From Mytilus edulis (Eukaryota), in contig NC_092347.1 in assembly GCF_963676685.1 (NCBI RefSeq), positions 4,774,001 through 4,838,000 on the forward strand: DNA of 64,000 nt, given 5' to 3'. The notes beneath the pieces were generated by a model that searched no databases, was not told where the DNA came from, and was given only the letters and a program-made list of their open reading frames with translations. Shown here piece by piece: positions 1-14,732 of this stretch. Each line of letters starts with the position of its first letter. The stretch's first letter is position 1. The translations under genes were made by a program, and so were the position numbers.

Positions 1-3000
1 GCAAACATATTATACGGATTTGTGAATAAGGTTTATTGTGTGGTCATTGTAAAAAGTAAAAAAACAAATTATAGTTAATATAATAATATGTTTGTCGTAT
101 TATAATTTGCACAATAATAACTTGTACACAATACATAACTAACGAGTACCAAACAGATAATGTTCCTATGGTGTGTGTGACTTGCAATCATATATCTAGT
201 CTGCATAGCACACCGCGCATTTAACTGGAAACAAAAGACAATATAAATGCTGTACTAATTCATTGAGTCTACATACATTCATTCTTTGCACGTCATGGAA
301 TCATTTCAAATGGCTTTCAACTGGATGAACTCATTTGTTAAAAAGTTTTATCAGTTGAAGCAAGATGCTCAATCAAAGGTCAATGCAAAAAAAAAAAGCC
401 GATTTCCACACAGTTAATCTTGATAATCTCAACTTTAAAATTGCATTATTTTATCTTTTTTAACATTAAAATAATTGTTTTTCTCGTTTTCTCCCCCTTT
501 TTAAGGTTTAGATCGTTGTTTTATTGACGTTTCGAGTTTCGAATATCACGACGATACTTGTACTTTTAGACCAGTGTGAAGTCAGTTCCATTAAGATAAG
601 GAACACTTTTATCAGTTGATCTTGTTTGAATGCTATTGACATATTAATCTACCGGCATATTGCTTTATTTATTTTATAATTACTTTTTGTGTATTTCTAG
701 TCACGTTGAGATAATTCAAATTTGTTTAAAACATAATGAATTCTCACATCAATACAACATTAATGGATAAATTTTAACATTCTAAAAATCAGTCTGTAAA
801 AATAAATAAAATGATCATTTCACTTTAAAGGTTAACCCTTATATTAATATATATATATATATACTTTGTTTTTTCATGTGTTTACTTAGAATGCCAAAAT
901 CTTTAGATCCTTGATTGTTTTAACCTATGAAATAAATGGACAGTTACAACTTATTCTTTGTCAAAACTTGTACCCAATGCATATGCTATATGAGATTTGT
1001 TTTTGAAGAATAAATTGAAATGTTTGTGTATGATAAAATAAAAGGAGGATAGGGAGGATTGTGTCAAATATACACCAATAAAAAGTAAAAAAATAATTGA
1101 ATAAAACATTCAATCTTCAACGATATACAGGTATTTGTCTATCAGTGTTGAACTCCAAAACGTGCCGAGTTGGAAAAGTTGTATATTAATTTAACAGAGA
1201 TTATCTATGATCTGCCATTAATACCAATTTCTCTTAATGGCAAACCGTTTAGAGACTAGAAACGCAGGCCACTGACGAGGTTCCTAACTTGAAGCAGACA
1301 CACTATAAATTTTCATAGCTATAATATAAAAAAGTTTGTTTTGCGATAGCATCCCTCGATTTATATGGAGGTTAAATTCCGATATAATTAAGTTTTCATT
1401 ATATTTTTTTTCCTTTTTGATACTGAAACTCAGAACAATGTTGTTGTTTAAGATTTTTATCGCAACTTTTATTCGTTTTTTTCCTTCAAATAATTTGAAT
1501 TTTTCATTATATTAAAAATTACTGGCTTTTATATCTGATTGTAAGAGATATTTCATAGTTTGATATATCAAATCAGCTTTCAAATTTCAATTACTTTAGT
1601 ACCGCGAAGAGATGTGAAGCCTTGGAGACTCCTCGTAATCATATCTTGTATTTATGATGATTGATGGCACCCAAAGGGTCAACAAATGGGTTGTCTTGAA
1701 TACTACAGGAAGTCACACTAAATGTAATCTGTTTTTTTAAACTACTAGACCAAACTAACACATATTCAGATGGAACGCTTTATGGAAAGTATTATATAAA
1801 AAAATGTAAATTTACTGATGTTTTCGTCAGATAAAATATATGTAAACTTAAAATCAAAGCTTAATGTTTATATTGGAGTAATATTTCCACTTTAGCGTTG
1901 ACTATATTACTGTAATTTTAGAAACCGTTACTTTTTCTGAGACATAGCTATCAAATACTTAGCCTGCTAAGTTGGTCAGAGTGCTACTCTGCACAAAGAT
2001 TCTCATGAAAGATATATGAGAAAAACAAACGATATCAAAATTAGTGCATGAACAACAAAAACACACATAAAGTAAATGAACAGCGCTATCATTGTTGTTC
2101 GTCATTTCTAAGTAACAATGAGACCTTCATCTGACACGGAGCAAAAATGAAATAAAAAGGGGAACAGATGCATATAATGTTATAAAGGGACATAAAACTG
2201 ACGCTACACACATTTGTACTTGATCTGAGCTATGAGGTAGTAAGAATTGTATAAGTTTTATACCATTTGGTTGAGGCAAACTTAAGTTAGAGAACAGAAA
2301 CGAAAGCCTAGCATTTTTTTTCAATTTGTAAAGGGTCATATCTTATATCAAAGTGACACCACCTATATTTAAACTTGACCTGTGTTTTGTGGTAATACGC
2401 ATTGTGTATAAGTTACCTAACATTGTGAGAGGAAAACAAAAAAGAGTTAAGAGAACGGAAACCAATTTTGGGACGTGCAGACGCACATATGGATATGGGT
2501 TAAACTTAATGCCTACTCCGCTACGACGGGGTCATAAAGATACAGCAATGCTATCACTTCATAGATAATATACGTTAATTTAAGATTTCTCAATGTTTGT
2601 CTCAATCAAAAAAAGTTTGTGCACATCATTTATACAAGGATTGGTTCTTCAAACTTGCATACAATATCTGGTTTTTTTTTGGTTATATAACGGTCGATTC
2701 ATGATTATTAAAAGAGAGGCGAAAGATACCGAAAAGAACAGTATACTACGTAATACTGAGCAAAAGAGTCTTAGAGACAACCCGAATTAAGTCTAAGGGT
2801 CATATAAACACCATGATAGTGATGTTACATCCTTATAACAGAATCAAATAGCTTTCCATCTTTTATTGCTTTATCATCGATACTTGAACAAAACTTTCTT
2901 TTCCATCAACACACATTTAGTGTTCCGATTATTGAGATACATAAAAACTTATCTATAAAGGTGGAATAACATTAGTCACTCGGTTGATTGATAATGTACG

Positions 3001-4493
3001 AACAATTTCTATGTAAACACGGGGAAAGATTCTTATTATCTAAATTGACATTTAGAAAAATAATATTTAACTGTAATGATGATAATGAAAATTCTACAAA
3101 TATTTTACGTGAAGTTGATACTTTATAGTTACTAAAATTGGAACTTGCAGCATGGTGAAGATTGTCTATTTATAACAGATTTTTTTTAATTTGTATCATT
3201 GTTTTAAAACTAGGTGGGTTGGGTTATGTTTTTTTCTAAAATAAATATTCTGATTCCCAATTTGACGGAGATAAAAATTCTTGTCAAGCAGAAAAAAATA
3301 TATTCTAAATGCTAAATAACCCCATACCTTATAGTGTTAAATTTTGAAAAAAAATAATCTGATTGGTCACGTTAAAAAACTAGATCTTTCCTGACTAAGA
3401 AAAAAAAACCATACCCCCCCCCTTTCTGAGGTTAATTGGTTGCTCCCTTTGGTCATTTTTGTCGAAAATCTAAATGTTAAAATCATACGACAAGCTTAAA
3501 GACGTGATCTTTCTGAAATACTTCTAATTCTCAAATTCCCCATAGTGGCGCCCACACCTAATATCCGATTTTTTTAAAGTAAAGAATTGCTTTATTTTCA
3601 AATGTAACGAATGTAAAAATCTAACTACTAAATGTGTTCAGATGTTTTACTGTTGAAATTCAAAATAACTTTTTCTAAAATTGAGAATGAAAAATATGCA
3701 TACAGATAGTTTTGAGTGGTTATTTATGAGACATAAGCATGTGAAAAAAAAACTTCTGCTGCATTATTTTGTCCCTTATAGCTATTATAAATGTAGTCTT
3801 TATTTGGATTTTTAGAAAAATAAATCAATTATATATGTTGAAGAAATTGGTTAGCAGTTTTGACATAGATTAAGTTAATTTTATATTTTCTAAAATAACA
3901 TCTTGAAAACGCTTGAGAGAGTTGTTGAATATGAGTTTGAAATTTCAGTAGAGGTACACCAACTTTATTGCATGTTGAACTTCGATTTAACTCGCCTGTT
4001 TTATGTCAAGGAATTTGATGTCACTCAAGCGGTTTAATTATGTCAAATGAAAAACAACACTATCATGCTACTTGCAACATCAGCTTAAATTCTATGTCTC
4101 TGGTGAAGACTAACAAGAGACAAAATACAAGGATTTACGTACAAGTTGTTAAAACCTCTTCATTAGTAAGACAATCCGAAATCTTTTTTCCTAGCATGTT
4201 TTGCTGTGATAAAAACTAAAGTTAAATTAGACCTTGCGGTATACATTAAACAATTCTTAACATTTATATATTAATAATACCAAGGGTTGAAAAAAAATCC
4301 TAGAAGGAAGAAGGACACCAAACTTCATGGCAAAAGAAATATAACCGAATAGAAATAAAAGTGCACAAAACACTGTTCAAACGAAGATAAAAAGAGAAGA
4401 CTAATTCAACTGGACAATAATTCAACTGAACCAAAGTCAAAGGTAAACTTGACAATTCCGAAAGGATAAGTAGTTTCTGCTCTACCATTGGTA

Positions 4494-5506
4494 TATGGCA
4501 CGCCGTTTTCATATTTATTCAAATTTGAAGATATCTTATTTATTTAACAAGATATCTTTAATTTTTATAAGATATCTTATTTAATTTGAAAGTAAATAAG
4601 ATATCTTTATTAGTTTATAAGATATCTCTATTAGTTTATAAGATATCTCTATAAGTTAATAAGATATCTCTATTAATTAATAAGATATCTTACTTCTTTA
4701 TAAAGATATCTTTTAAATACATACTTTATAAGATATATTATTAATTAATAGAGATATCTTTTAAACTAATAGAGATATCTTATTAATTAATAGAGATATC
4801 TTATAAACTAATAGAGATATCTTTATAACCAATTAAATAAGATATCTCTATAAGTTAATAAGATATCTCTAAAAGTTTATAAGATATCTCTATTTGTTTA
4901 TAAGATATCTCTATAAGTTAATAAGATATCTCTATAAGTTAATAAGATATCTCTTAAAGTTAATAAGATATCTCTAAAAGTTTATAAGATATCTCTAAAA
5001 GTTTATAAGATATCTCTATTAGTTTATAAGATATCTCTATTAATTTATAAGATATCTCTATTAATTAATAAGATATCTTACAAAGTATATAAGATATCTT
5101 ACTTCTTTATAAAGATATCTTTTAAATACATACTTAATAAGATATCTTATTAATTAATAGAGATATCTTAGAAACTAATAGAGATATCTTATTAATTAAT
5201 ACAGATATCTTAGAAACTAATAGAGATATCTTATTAATTAATAGAGATATATTATAAACTAATAGAGATATCTTATTAATTAATAGAGATATCTTATGAA
5301 CTAATAGAGATATCTTATTAAGTAAATAAGATATCTCTATTATAAACTATATAAAAGATATCTTATATAGTTAATAAGATATCTTATAAATTAATAGAGA
5401 TATCTTATATTTTAAATAAGATATCTTATATATTTAATAAGATATCTTTATAAACATTTTAATAAGATATCTTATTTAATATATAAGATATCTTATTTAA
5501 TAAATG
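4494..5506. mobile_element. Foldback-like AT-rich element made of ~21-bp AGATATCT-centred units in alternating orientation; left terminus TATGG (IS3EU-like), right terminus not recognisable
   Basis: Dozens of 'taagatatctct/agagatatctta' palindromic units in forward and inverted blocks. Begins tatggcacgccgtttt at 4494. Confidence 0.55.
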
Positions 5507-5639
5507 AAGAAGGTAAAGAACTAAACAACTGAACCACGCTGCAGTAATTATACAGGTACTAACCCAAGAGAAAGTAGTGGTTTTCTTTTATCTTAATGTT
5601 TTTCTCCATTTTGAGTTTTGATTTTATCACTTTTTGACC

Positions 5640-6170
5640 TATTTGTGGTCCATGTTGATGTTTTCCTCGATTCATGTTGATGCCTTTTGTGGTTCATGTT
5701 GATGCTTTTTGTGGTCCATGTTGATACTTTTTGTGATTCATGTGGATACTTTTTGTGATTAATGTTGATGCTTTTTGTGATCCATGTTGATGCTTTTTGT
5801 GATTCATGTGGATACTTTTTGTGTTCCATGTTGATGCTCTTTGTGATTCATGTTGATGCTTTTTGTGATTCATGTGGATACTTTTTGTGTTCCATGTTGA
5901 TGCTATTTGTGATTCATGTTGATGCTTTTTGTGATCCATGTTGATGCTTTTTGTGTTCCATGTTGATGCTATTTGTGATTCATGTTGATGCTTTTTGTGA
6001 TTAATGTTGATGCTTTTTGTGATCCATGTTGATGCTTTTTGTGATCCATGTTGATGCTTTTTGTGATTCATGTGGATACTTTTTGTGTTCCATGTTGATG
6101 CTGTTTGTGATTTATGTTGATGCTTTTTGTGATTCATGAGGATACTTTTTGTGATTCATGTTGATGCTTC
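5640..6170. repeat. 22-bp minisatellite (gattcatgttgatgctttttgt)
   Basis: About 24 direct tandem copies. Generates the repetitive pseudo-ORFs at 5593-6137. Confidence 0.9.
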
Positions 6171-6380
6171 TTAGATCTTCTCTGTATGATTCGTTTTGAT
6201 GCTGATTTTGGGCTATTACTCTATTTTGAAATTTCATATTGATGCATTATGGTCTATTAGTTGATAATTTGTTGTAACGATTTTGTTATTCAATTTTATA
6301 CTTTGTTGATACTTTGTGTATTTATTCTGTTATTCATGTTGATAATTTGTTGTATATTTATTGGTGATACTTGTTGTATC

Positions 6381-7033
6381 AACTAGATATCATTGAGATA
6401 GGAACCATCTCTGTGGGCCCCGCTGTGAATAATGTGCATTAAAAAATTGTATCTTTACCATAGGACATGGGTTTGTCAACTGAAATCAAAGTTTTTGACC
6501 TTGACCTTTGACCTATGAAGTTGTAAATAAATTATGACACACCCTTTGGTGTTGGTTTATAAACATGTCAAGTATAAACTTTGAAATGATAAAGGTTCTC
6601 AAGATATAGAGCGGACACAATCTTTACCATAGGACATGGGGTTGTCAACTGAAACCAAAGTTTTTGACCTTGACCTTTGACCTAGGAAGTTGCACATAAA
6701 TTATGACACACCCTTTGGTGTTGGTTTATATACATGTCAAGTATAAACTTTGAAATCATAACGGTTCTCAAGATATAGAGCGGACACGATCTTCACCACA
6801 GGACACAGGGTTGTCAACTGAAACCAAAGTTTTTTTACCTTGACCTTTGACCTAGGAAGTTGTACATACATCATGACACGCCCTCTGGTGGTGGTTAATA
6901 AACATGTAAAGTATAAAGTATGAAATCATAATGGTTCTCTAGATATGGAGCGGACACAAAGTGTTACGGACGGACGGACGGACGGACGGACAGACTGATC
7001 ACTATAGGGGACCGCCTTTGGCGGGACCCTAAT
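6381..7033 (+). mobile_element. Helentron-associated (HINE/pearl-like) non-autonomous element with three 169-bp internal repeats
   Basis: Units start at 6452, 6621 and 6790. (GACG)n microsatellite at ~6967-6992. Terminal hairpin ggggaccgcc-ttt-ggcgggaccc at ~7007-7029. Interrupts a degenerate satellite. Confidence 0.7.
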
Positions 7034-8300
7034 TATGTTATTAATGTTGGTACTTGTTGTATCAAATCTGTTTTAAATGTTGATACATTTGTGTACTCTT
7101 TGTGTCTATTTTGGACATCGGTATACTACAGTTGCCTTTATTTGGTATTAATGTTGATACTTTGTTGTACTTATTTTTGTTATTAATAATTTGTACTTTT
7201 TTCTATTGGTTTTCTTATTAATGTAAATACTTTGTTGTGTCTTGTTTTGTTTTTCATGTTGGTACTTAGTTGTATTAATTTTATTATTCATGCTGAAACT
7301 TTGTTGTATTTATTTTGTTATTTATGTTGATGCTTTGTTGTTTCTATTTTATTATTCATATTGACACTTTGATGTGACTATTTTATTATTCAGGTTGATG
7401 CTTTGTTGTATCTTTTTTATTGTCTATGTTGATGATTTGTTGTGCATATTTTATTTTTCAGTTTGATAATTTGTTGTAAAGTATTCATGTTGATAATTTG
7501 TTGTGCATATTTTGTTATTCAGGTTGATAATATGTTGTAAATATTTTTATCCATGTTGATACTAGTTTGTTGTTTTAATTTGAGTATTCATGTTGATACT
7601 TTGTTGTTTCTATTGTATTATTTAGGCTGATAATTTGTTGTTTCTATTTTATTATTCAGGTTGATAATTTGTTGTGCATATTTTATCATTCATGTTGATA
7701 ATTTGTTGTGCATATTTTATTATTCATGTTGATAAATTGTGCATTTTTGTTTGTTATTTATGTCGATGCTTTGTTGTATCTTTTTTATTATTCATGTTGA
7801 AACTTTGAAGTATCTACTTTGTTATTCATGATGATAACTTGTTGAATCTATTTTGTTATTCATGTTTATGCTTTGTTGTATCTATTGTATTATGTTAATG
7901 AGTTGTTATGTTGTCTTTTTAATGATTCATGTTATGTTTGGCCGGCCATACTATAATTTATGTTAATGTTGCACGGAAACATTTCGAAATCCATTGTTTG
8001 TGATTCGTTGTGCTGATTTATTTTAGTATATTTTGTAATTTATGTTGAAAATACTTGCGTCCTTATTTTGACATTGGATTGATTTATTTTGTATTTTGTA
8101 TTTTTTATGCTTCATGTTGATGCGGTGTAGGTTAATTTGGCGATACTTAGTTGATGTTTGTGTGACAATTTTGTGAGTCATGTTGATTTTTGTTTGTGTC
8201 CTTTAAATATATTGACAATGTTTTTTTTGTATCTATGTTCCAATACCTTGTTACTGTTGCTTATTGTCAATTTTGTGCTTCATGACTATATACTTTTTGG
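7034..8300. repeat. Degenerate ~33-bp satellite (ttattcatgttgataatttgttgtgcatatttt), related to the 22-bp array
   Basis: Recurring catgttgat core with a ~33-bp period. The same satellite is present at ~6170-6380, left of the insertion. Confidence 0.65.
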
Positions 8301-9993
8301 ACTAATTTGTGATGTTTTCATTCATCTTATACATTATAGGTACTTTACTTTAGATGGCGCTTGTTTGAGAGAATAATAACTACAATAGTATTTGTGTTGC
8401 TGGGTAGCTGTCTGATAAATGTTTACAGTCTGTTACTTGTACTTTATAGTTATACAACATGAGTCCATTCGTACTTTTAATTGTCTCAAAGTCGTTAAAA
8501 ATGATTTTTTATATTATCACAATCAAAAGGTCTTTAATTGTAATTAAGGCTACATAAAAAGAAACAAGTTCTTCCAAACACCAAACCTATTACATGCTAA
8601 GTTTAGTTTATAATTTTCAATCTAATGGTTAAGTACATTATAATTAACCTGACATTCAAGTGTCTTTAAATATCAGGTGGAATTAACTTAATTTACTTTT
8701 TAGACCAATAGTTTGTTTTATTCAAACTAAAAATATCTCTTGGATTTCATCGTATAGTACGCGTCACCGAATTCCTTTTACGTTTAATATTTTAAAAGGA
8801 AATACTAGTAAGAATTTTTGATACCGAAACCTTGTGAGCGTTGAACTATTTACGTTTTATATTATTAAAGGAAATACTAGTATCTAAGATTTTTTCATAC
8901 CGAAACATTTTGCGCGTTGAACTGAGTAATAGCAAATTAAAAAGATAAAAAAAACTCACCTGACTCCAGGTATGGTAAAATAATTAACACCGTGATACTC
9001 AGGTAGTAGATCATTCCGCTAAAAAAGTATTCCTTTTTAACATCCAAATATTCCAATCAGCTGATTAAGAGTCAATAACACGATCATAACACAGACAAAA
9101 TCCCCAAAGTAATACTTAGAAAAACTTTACGATAATCAAATAACTTTCCTTTGACAAATATTGCTTCATTAGTAATGACTGAGATCTCCTTTAAGGACTA
9201 TACTACACTATATAAATTACATTCTCTTGTGGAGTATACGATCTATCTGATATGTAATGGACAGGTTAACACCGGGTTTATATGTTTATCTAGGGTTTTT
9301 ACTAGTATTGATCAGCGGTGATCAACAGTGCTACAAGACAAAGTCACAAACTCAGTGAAGCAATTGAAAATTGATGGTGAAAATCTCTATTTGGGGGTGT
9401 TGCTTCAGTACGCCAATCATCAAGCAGAAAACAAGACTGATATATACCATACTTGTGAGTTGAGATTTGTCAGGATTCATGTAATAAAATCATCAGAGCC
9501 TCTTATCATACTGGTTTTTATTAGTCCTTTTCTGTTTGGAATATTGTAAAAGAAATCAAGATTAAATTGACTTAATGATGTAATCTAACGATGTAAAACT
9601 AGCTTAATAAGTGTCACACGCCGCTTTCAAATTTTCATTTATTTCTTTTTAATAGTGACAGTTTGGAGTGTAAATCAACATGATCAATACGCTTGGCAAT
9701 CTGTCTAGTGTCCAACATATTAAACATAACTTTTGGTTACACTTACGATAATACATTCTAGTAAATGTCCATCGATGAAATATACAAAACGTATGTAGAT
9801 CTATGACAGGTCCATGTCTGGTGCTTACCCAGAGTGTTTACCTACAGTTTTTGAAGTGTCTAATTTGCAATATGATCGACAGTGGAAGGTGAATAGGAAA
9901 TGTTTATTGGAAAACTTTTTTAATGTTGACAAAAGTTTAATATTTAATTTTGATTGGAATTACAATTATTTGGAAATTCAAAACAATTGTGTC

Positions 9994-10951
9994 TTTTTAT
10001 GCCCCACCTACGATAGTAGAGGGGCATTATGTTTTCTGGTCTGTGGCTCCGTTCGTCCGTCCGTCTGTGCGTCCGTTCAGGTTAAAGTTTTTGGTCAAGG
10101 TAGTTTTTGATGAAGCTGAAGTCCAATCAACTTGAAACTTAGTACACTTGTTGCTTATGATATGATCTTTTAAATTTTAAAGCCAAATAAGACTTTTGAC
10201 CCCAATTTCACGGTCCACTGAACATAGAAAATGAAAGTGGGAGTTTCAGGTTAAAGTTTTTGGTCAAGGTAGTTTTTGATGAAGCTGAAGTCCAATCAAC
10301 ATGAAACTTAGTACAATTGTTGCTTATGATATGATCGTTTTAATTTTAAAGCCAAATTAGACTTTCGACCCCAATTTCACGGTCCACTGAACATAGAAAA
10401 TGAAAGTGGGAGTTTCAGGTTAATGTTTTTGGTCAAGGTAGTTTCTGATGAAGCTGAAGTCCAATCAACTTGAAACTTAGTACACTTGTTGCTTATGATA
10501 TGATCTTTCTAATTTTAAGCCAAATTAGACTTTTGACCCCAATTTAACCGTCCACTGAACATAGAAAATGAAAGTGGGAGTTTCAGGTTAAAGTTTTTGG
10601 TCAAGGTAGTTTTTGATGAAGCTGAAGTCCAATCAACTTGAAACTTAGTAAACTTGTTGCTTATGATATGATATTTTTAATTTTAAAGCCAAATTAGACT
10701 TTTGACCCCAATTTCACGGTCCACTAATCATAGAAAATGAAAGTGGGCGTTTCAGGTTAAAGTTTTTGGTCAAGGTAGTTTTTGATAAAATTGAAGTCCA
10801 ATCAACTTGAAACTTAGTACATATGTTCCCTATAGTATAATCTTTCTAATTTTAATGCCAAATTAGATTATTACCCAATTTCACGGTCCATGGAACATGG
10901 TAAAGGATAGTGTGAGTGGGGCATCCGTGTACTTTGGACACATTCTTGTTT
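9994..10951. mobile_element. HINE/pearl-like element with five ~169-bp tandem internal repeats
   Basis: Terminal hairpin atgcccc...ggggcat and a (CCGT)n microsatellite. Units 'caggtta' start at 10078, 10247, 10416, 10584 and 10753. Ends ggggcatccgtgtactttggacacattcttgttt. Confidence 0.75.
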
Positions 10952-13900
10952 ATTGGACATTCACCACTAAAAAATTGGTTACACCCAGAACATGTATGCT
11001 TGCATAAAAGCCCCAAATGTATAGACACTCTGCGTATCAAATTCAAATAATACCACTCTAACATCTTCTTACTGCTATATTTTAAGCTTTGTTGGACGTG
11101 CTAAAATATAGTTGTCAGAGATAAAACCCGACCAAGACTTTATTCAGTTATATACGAACATAATCAAATTTTCACCTATCTTCGTCAAACTTTATCAATT
11201 GATTTGACAGAAGAGTCTGAATGTCTGTCTGTATACAGCGCATGATATCTGACTAGTTATTTTTTTTTAAACTTTTTTTTTATATTCCACTACTTGTAAT
11301 TAGACTCGATGTAATTCGGGGTAGGCACTTTCTTCAACTGTTGTCTGCTATCAGGAACTTTCCAAGATAGAAATGTTTCTAAAGTATTTGGGTAATCCTT
11401 GACCTTTTCCAATATGGACTTTAGTGTGGTCAAAATCATAAATTACATTATAATACTGTTACATACATGTACAGAATACACAAGCAAGTCAACTCATAAA
11501 AATCAGCTGAACATTCTTTACCGCTTTTGTTAAAGAGAAATCAAGCTTCTCGACGATAAAAAAAGATTGTGTCAAACTGCTATAGATCCAATGATATTAT
11601 TCCTGCAAATTGTGAGGTTCAAACTTCTTAGAATTATTACATTTTTGTCAATTGCAACAGGTCAAAGTAAATATTTTGTCAAAGTTTTTATGAAAATTAA
11701 ACGAGGCAAATCTATCCAAGTCAAAGTGTTGGGTACCCCTTTACAAAATGAAACAAGCTCAGACATTACCTTTAACACACTCATGTTTCCCTGTCATCGT
11801 ATAAACTATAAATTCTCGTTTCAGGTGAGGCAATACTGATAAATATAATGACTTCTATTATTTTGTGAGTTTATGTAAATCGTGTTGCATTTGTCTTGAA
11901 GTGAAATGTAAAATTGGAAAATATATCGATTACAACAGAAAGCTTTAATAATAACATTTGATATCAAACTTAATAATATCGGTTGTTTTTGGTTATGGAT
12001 TCTATTATGTTCTATTATCAGAACAGCATGCTATTGTTCATAGCCGTATTGATTCCATGTACTAGCTGTTTTACCGGAAAACATTACTAGAAAAAGAAAC
12101 ACTTTATTTGCTAATCTTAATAAATAAAAAGGGTATCGCAAGTCATTTATTTACCCAAGTGTTATAACATGACAACATTTGAACAGTCAATTAATTTATA
12201 ATAAAAGCCATTTAAAGCGGCAATTCCCGATTTGCAGAAAAAAGGTGAAATGTAACACGTTTTGAAAGCTCAGATCCATTACTAATTGTACATTTCACAT
12301 TAAGATGGGAGGAACAAATATCAATTAACAAATAACGTGAAAATTTACATATTTAATGGAAAATAAACAAATAAAATGCTTTAAAGTACAAGAGGTTTAC
12401 AATTGTAGAAAAGAGAGCATGCAAATGTTTTATTTAGGAATTGATTCAACAAATAAAGATTGAATGTAGAGACAGTATGATTGTTTATATGAGAAGATAA
12501 CTTTAACAAGTATTACTCTGGAAAAATCAACATTAAGTGATATACTAGTATCAACTGTTCAACATGTTCAATATTTAACCGCTTTTGTGAGACTGAGTAT
12601 CATTCAAATTGTGTTGATCAAAATGAAGGGCACAAAGTCCGATAGCCACTTAAAAAAGTTTTTGGTTGGACAGATTTGTTTTACCAAGCCACAAGCCACC
12701 TACGGATCCCCAATGAGTTTTTGGAAGAGTCTCTCTACATCAGGGAGAATGTGATACTCCCTTACATGAAACATCAAATGCAATTTTCCTATGCCGACTG
12801 GACGTGGCTGAGTATAGTTACACATCCCGCAAAACAATCTTTTATAGCAATTTTACGTTGGATGGGAAAAGTGAAGGTACCAGTCTTGTATTACAACTCC
12901 AGTTTCAAAACGTGGAGGGAAACAAAATAGTCTATTTTTTCCTGATTTTTTTTGTGGACTCAGTTTTTTTCTGTTTGATTATAGGTTTATGCTGAATTAA
13001 AACATATACATGTATATAGATTTAAAAAAAAATCTTTCATCTCTTCTGTGATATTAATCCAGGAAAGCGGAAGGATAATATCATGTTTACTGGAATTGGT
13101 GCGGCCTAGTAAAAACAGCAAACAGAAAGTAGAAAAAAAAATGTTTTGACTTCAGGGTTCGTAACTTTTTATTCTTCGTGGCATGACCCACTTTTTTTTT
13201 CGATTAAATCATAATTTCACATTAGTACATACATGATATGAACATGGATTTTTTTTGCTATGTAGCATTTTTTATTTTTTTATTTTCAAAGATCAGCTTG
13301 CATGTAAGCCTATGGAGCAGTCAATTACAAGACTGCAATCTAAAGGCTAACATTACTGCTGTAGTCCGGTCAACCTGTCATGTGAATTGGTCATCCACTG
13401 GTGATTCAATGTTTTCTTCTATATATTTTGTTGTTTAATAGTATTGTTGGTTACATATAGCTTTCACACTGCTCGTATCTCACATTTCATTGTTTTCATT
13501 AAGCTTAATGACACATTCGGCTTCATTCAAAAAGAACTTGAATCGTTTACTTTGAATGCACCAGAAGATTAATCTATTTTCGATAAAATATTTTTTTATT
13601 ATAAATTATTTAAGTCAATTATTTAAAACATTATAAAGTTAAGATTTATAATATTGTTTACAATCTCTAGAGGTCGTATATTCCTCCTGAAACAATCAAT
13701 TTTGACGACCAAACTGGGAGGTTTTACTACCACAATAACAGATGTGCTTTCCGAGTTATGGAGATTTACTACTGCAGTTGCAATAACTTATGATATAATA
13801 TTGTAGTAATTATTTAAATTCTCTTGAGCTTAGTGACTGTCACACTCATGTTTTGTACTAATACTTGTTATGAGCTTAGTGACTGTCACATGCATGTTTT

Positions 13901-14732
13901 GTACTTATACTTGTTATGAGCTTAGTGACTGTCATATGCATGGTTTGTACTAATACTTGTTAAGAGCTTAGTGACTGTCACATGCATGTTTTGTACTTAT
14001 ACTTGTTATGAGCTTAGTGACTGTCACACGCATGTTTTGTACTAATACTTGTTAAGAGCTTAGTGACTGCACATGCATGTTTTGTACTAATACTTGTTAT
14101 GAGCTTAGTGACTGTCACATGCATGTTTTGTACTAATACTTGTTAAGAGCTTAGTGACTGTCATATGCATGGTTTGTACTAATACTTGCTATGATCTTAG
14201 TGACTGTCAAGTGCATGTTTTGTACTAATACTTGATATGAGCTTAGTGACCGTCACATGCATGTTTTGTACTAATACTTCTTAAAAGCTTAGTGACAGTC
14301 ACATGCATGTTTTGTATTAATACTTGTTAAAAAACTACACATGCATGTTTTGTACTAATACTTGTTAAGATCTTAGTGACTGTCATATGCATGGTTTGTA
14401 CTAATACTTGTTAAGAGCTTAGTGACTGTCACATGCATGTTTTGTACTTATACTTGTTATGAGCTTAGTGACTGTCACACTCATGTTTTGTACTAATACT
14501 TGTTATGAGCTTAGTGACTGTCACGTGCATGTTTTGTACTAATACTTGTTAAGAGCTTAGTGGCTGTCATATGCATGGTTTGTACTAATACTTGTTATGA
14601 GCTTAGTGACTGTCACACGCATGTTTTGTACTAATACTTGTTATGAGATTAGTGACTGTCACATGCATGTTTTGTACTAATACTTGATATGAGCTTAGTA
14701 AAAATATAAAACAACACGTTTAATAATTCATT

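Noticed and set aside
2003-2092. 29-aa hydrophobic micro-ORF on the minus strand (MIALFIYFMCVFVVHALILISFVFLIYLS)
   Set aside because: Expected by chance in T-rich sequence; no supporting evidence.
5593-6137. His/Lys-rich repetitive ORFs
   Set aside because: They are translations of the 22-bp minisatellite, open in several frames, with no splice or homology support.
9225-9325. Short motifs (ggagtatac, ttgatcagcggt) shared with ~35615-35795
   Set aside because: Too short and differently spaced to support homology or a regulatory module.
12676-12930. 84-aa ORF in slightly GC-richer sequence
   Set aside because: Non-ATG start, no recognisable domain and no convincing splice context. A BLASTX search would be needed.
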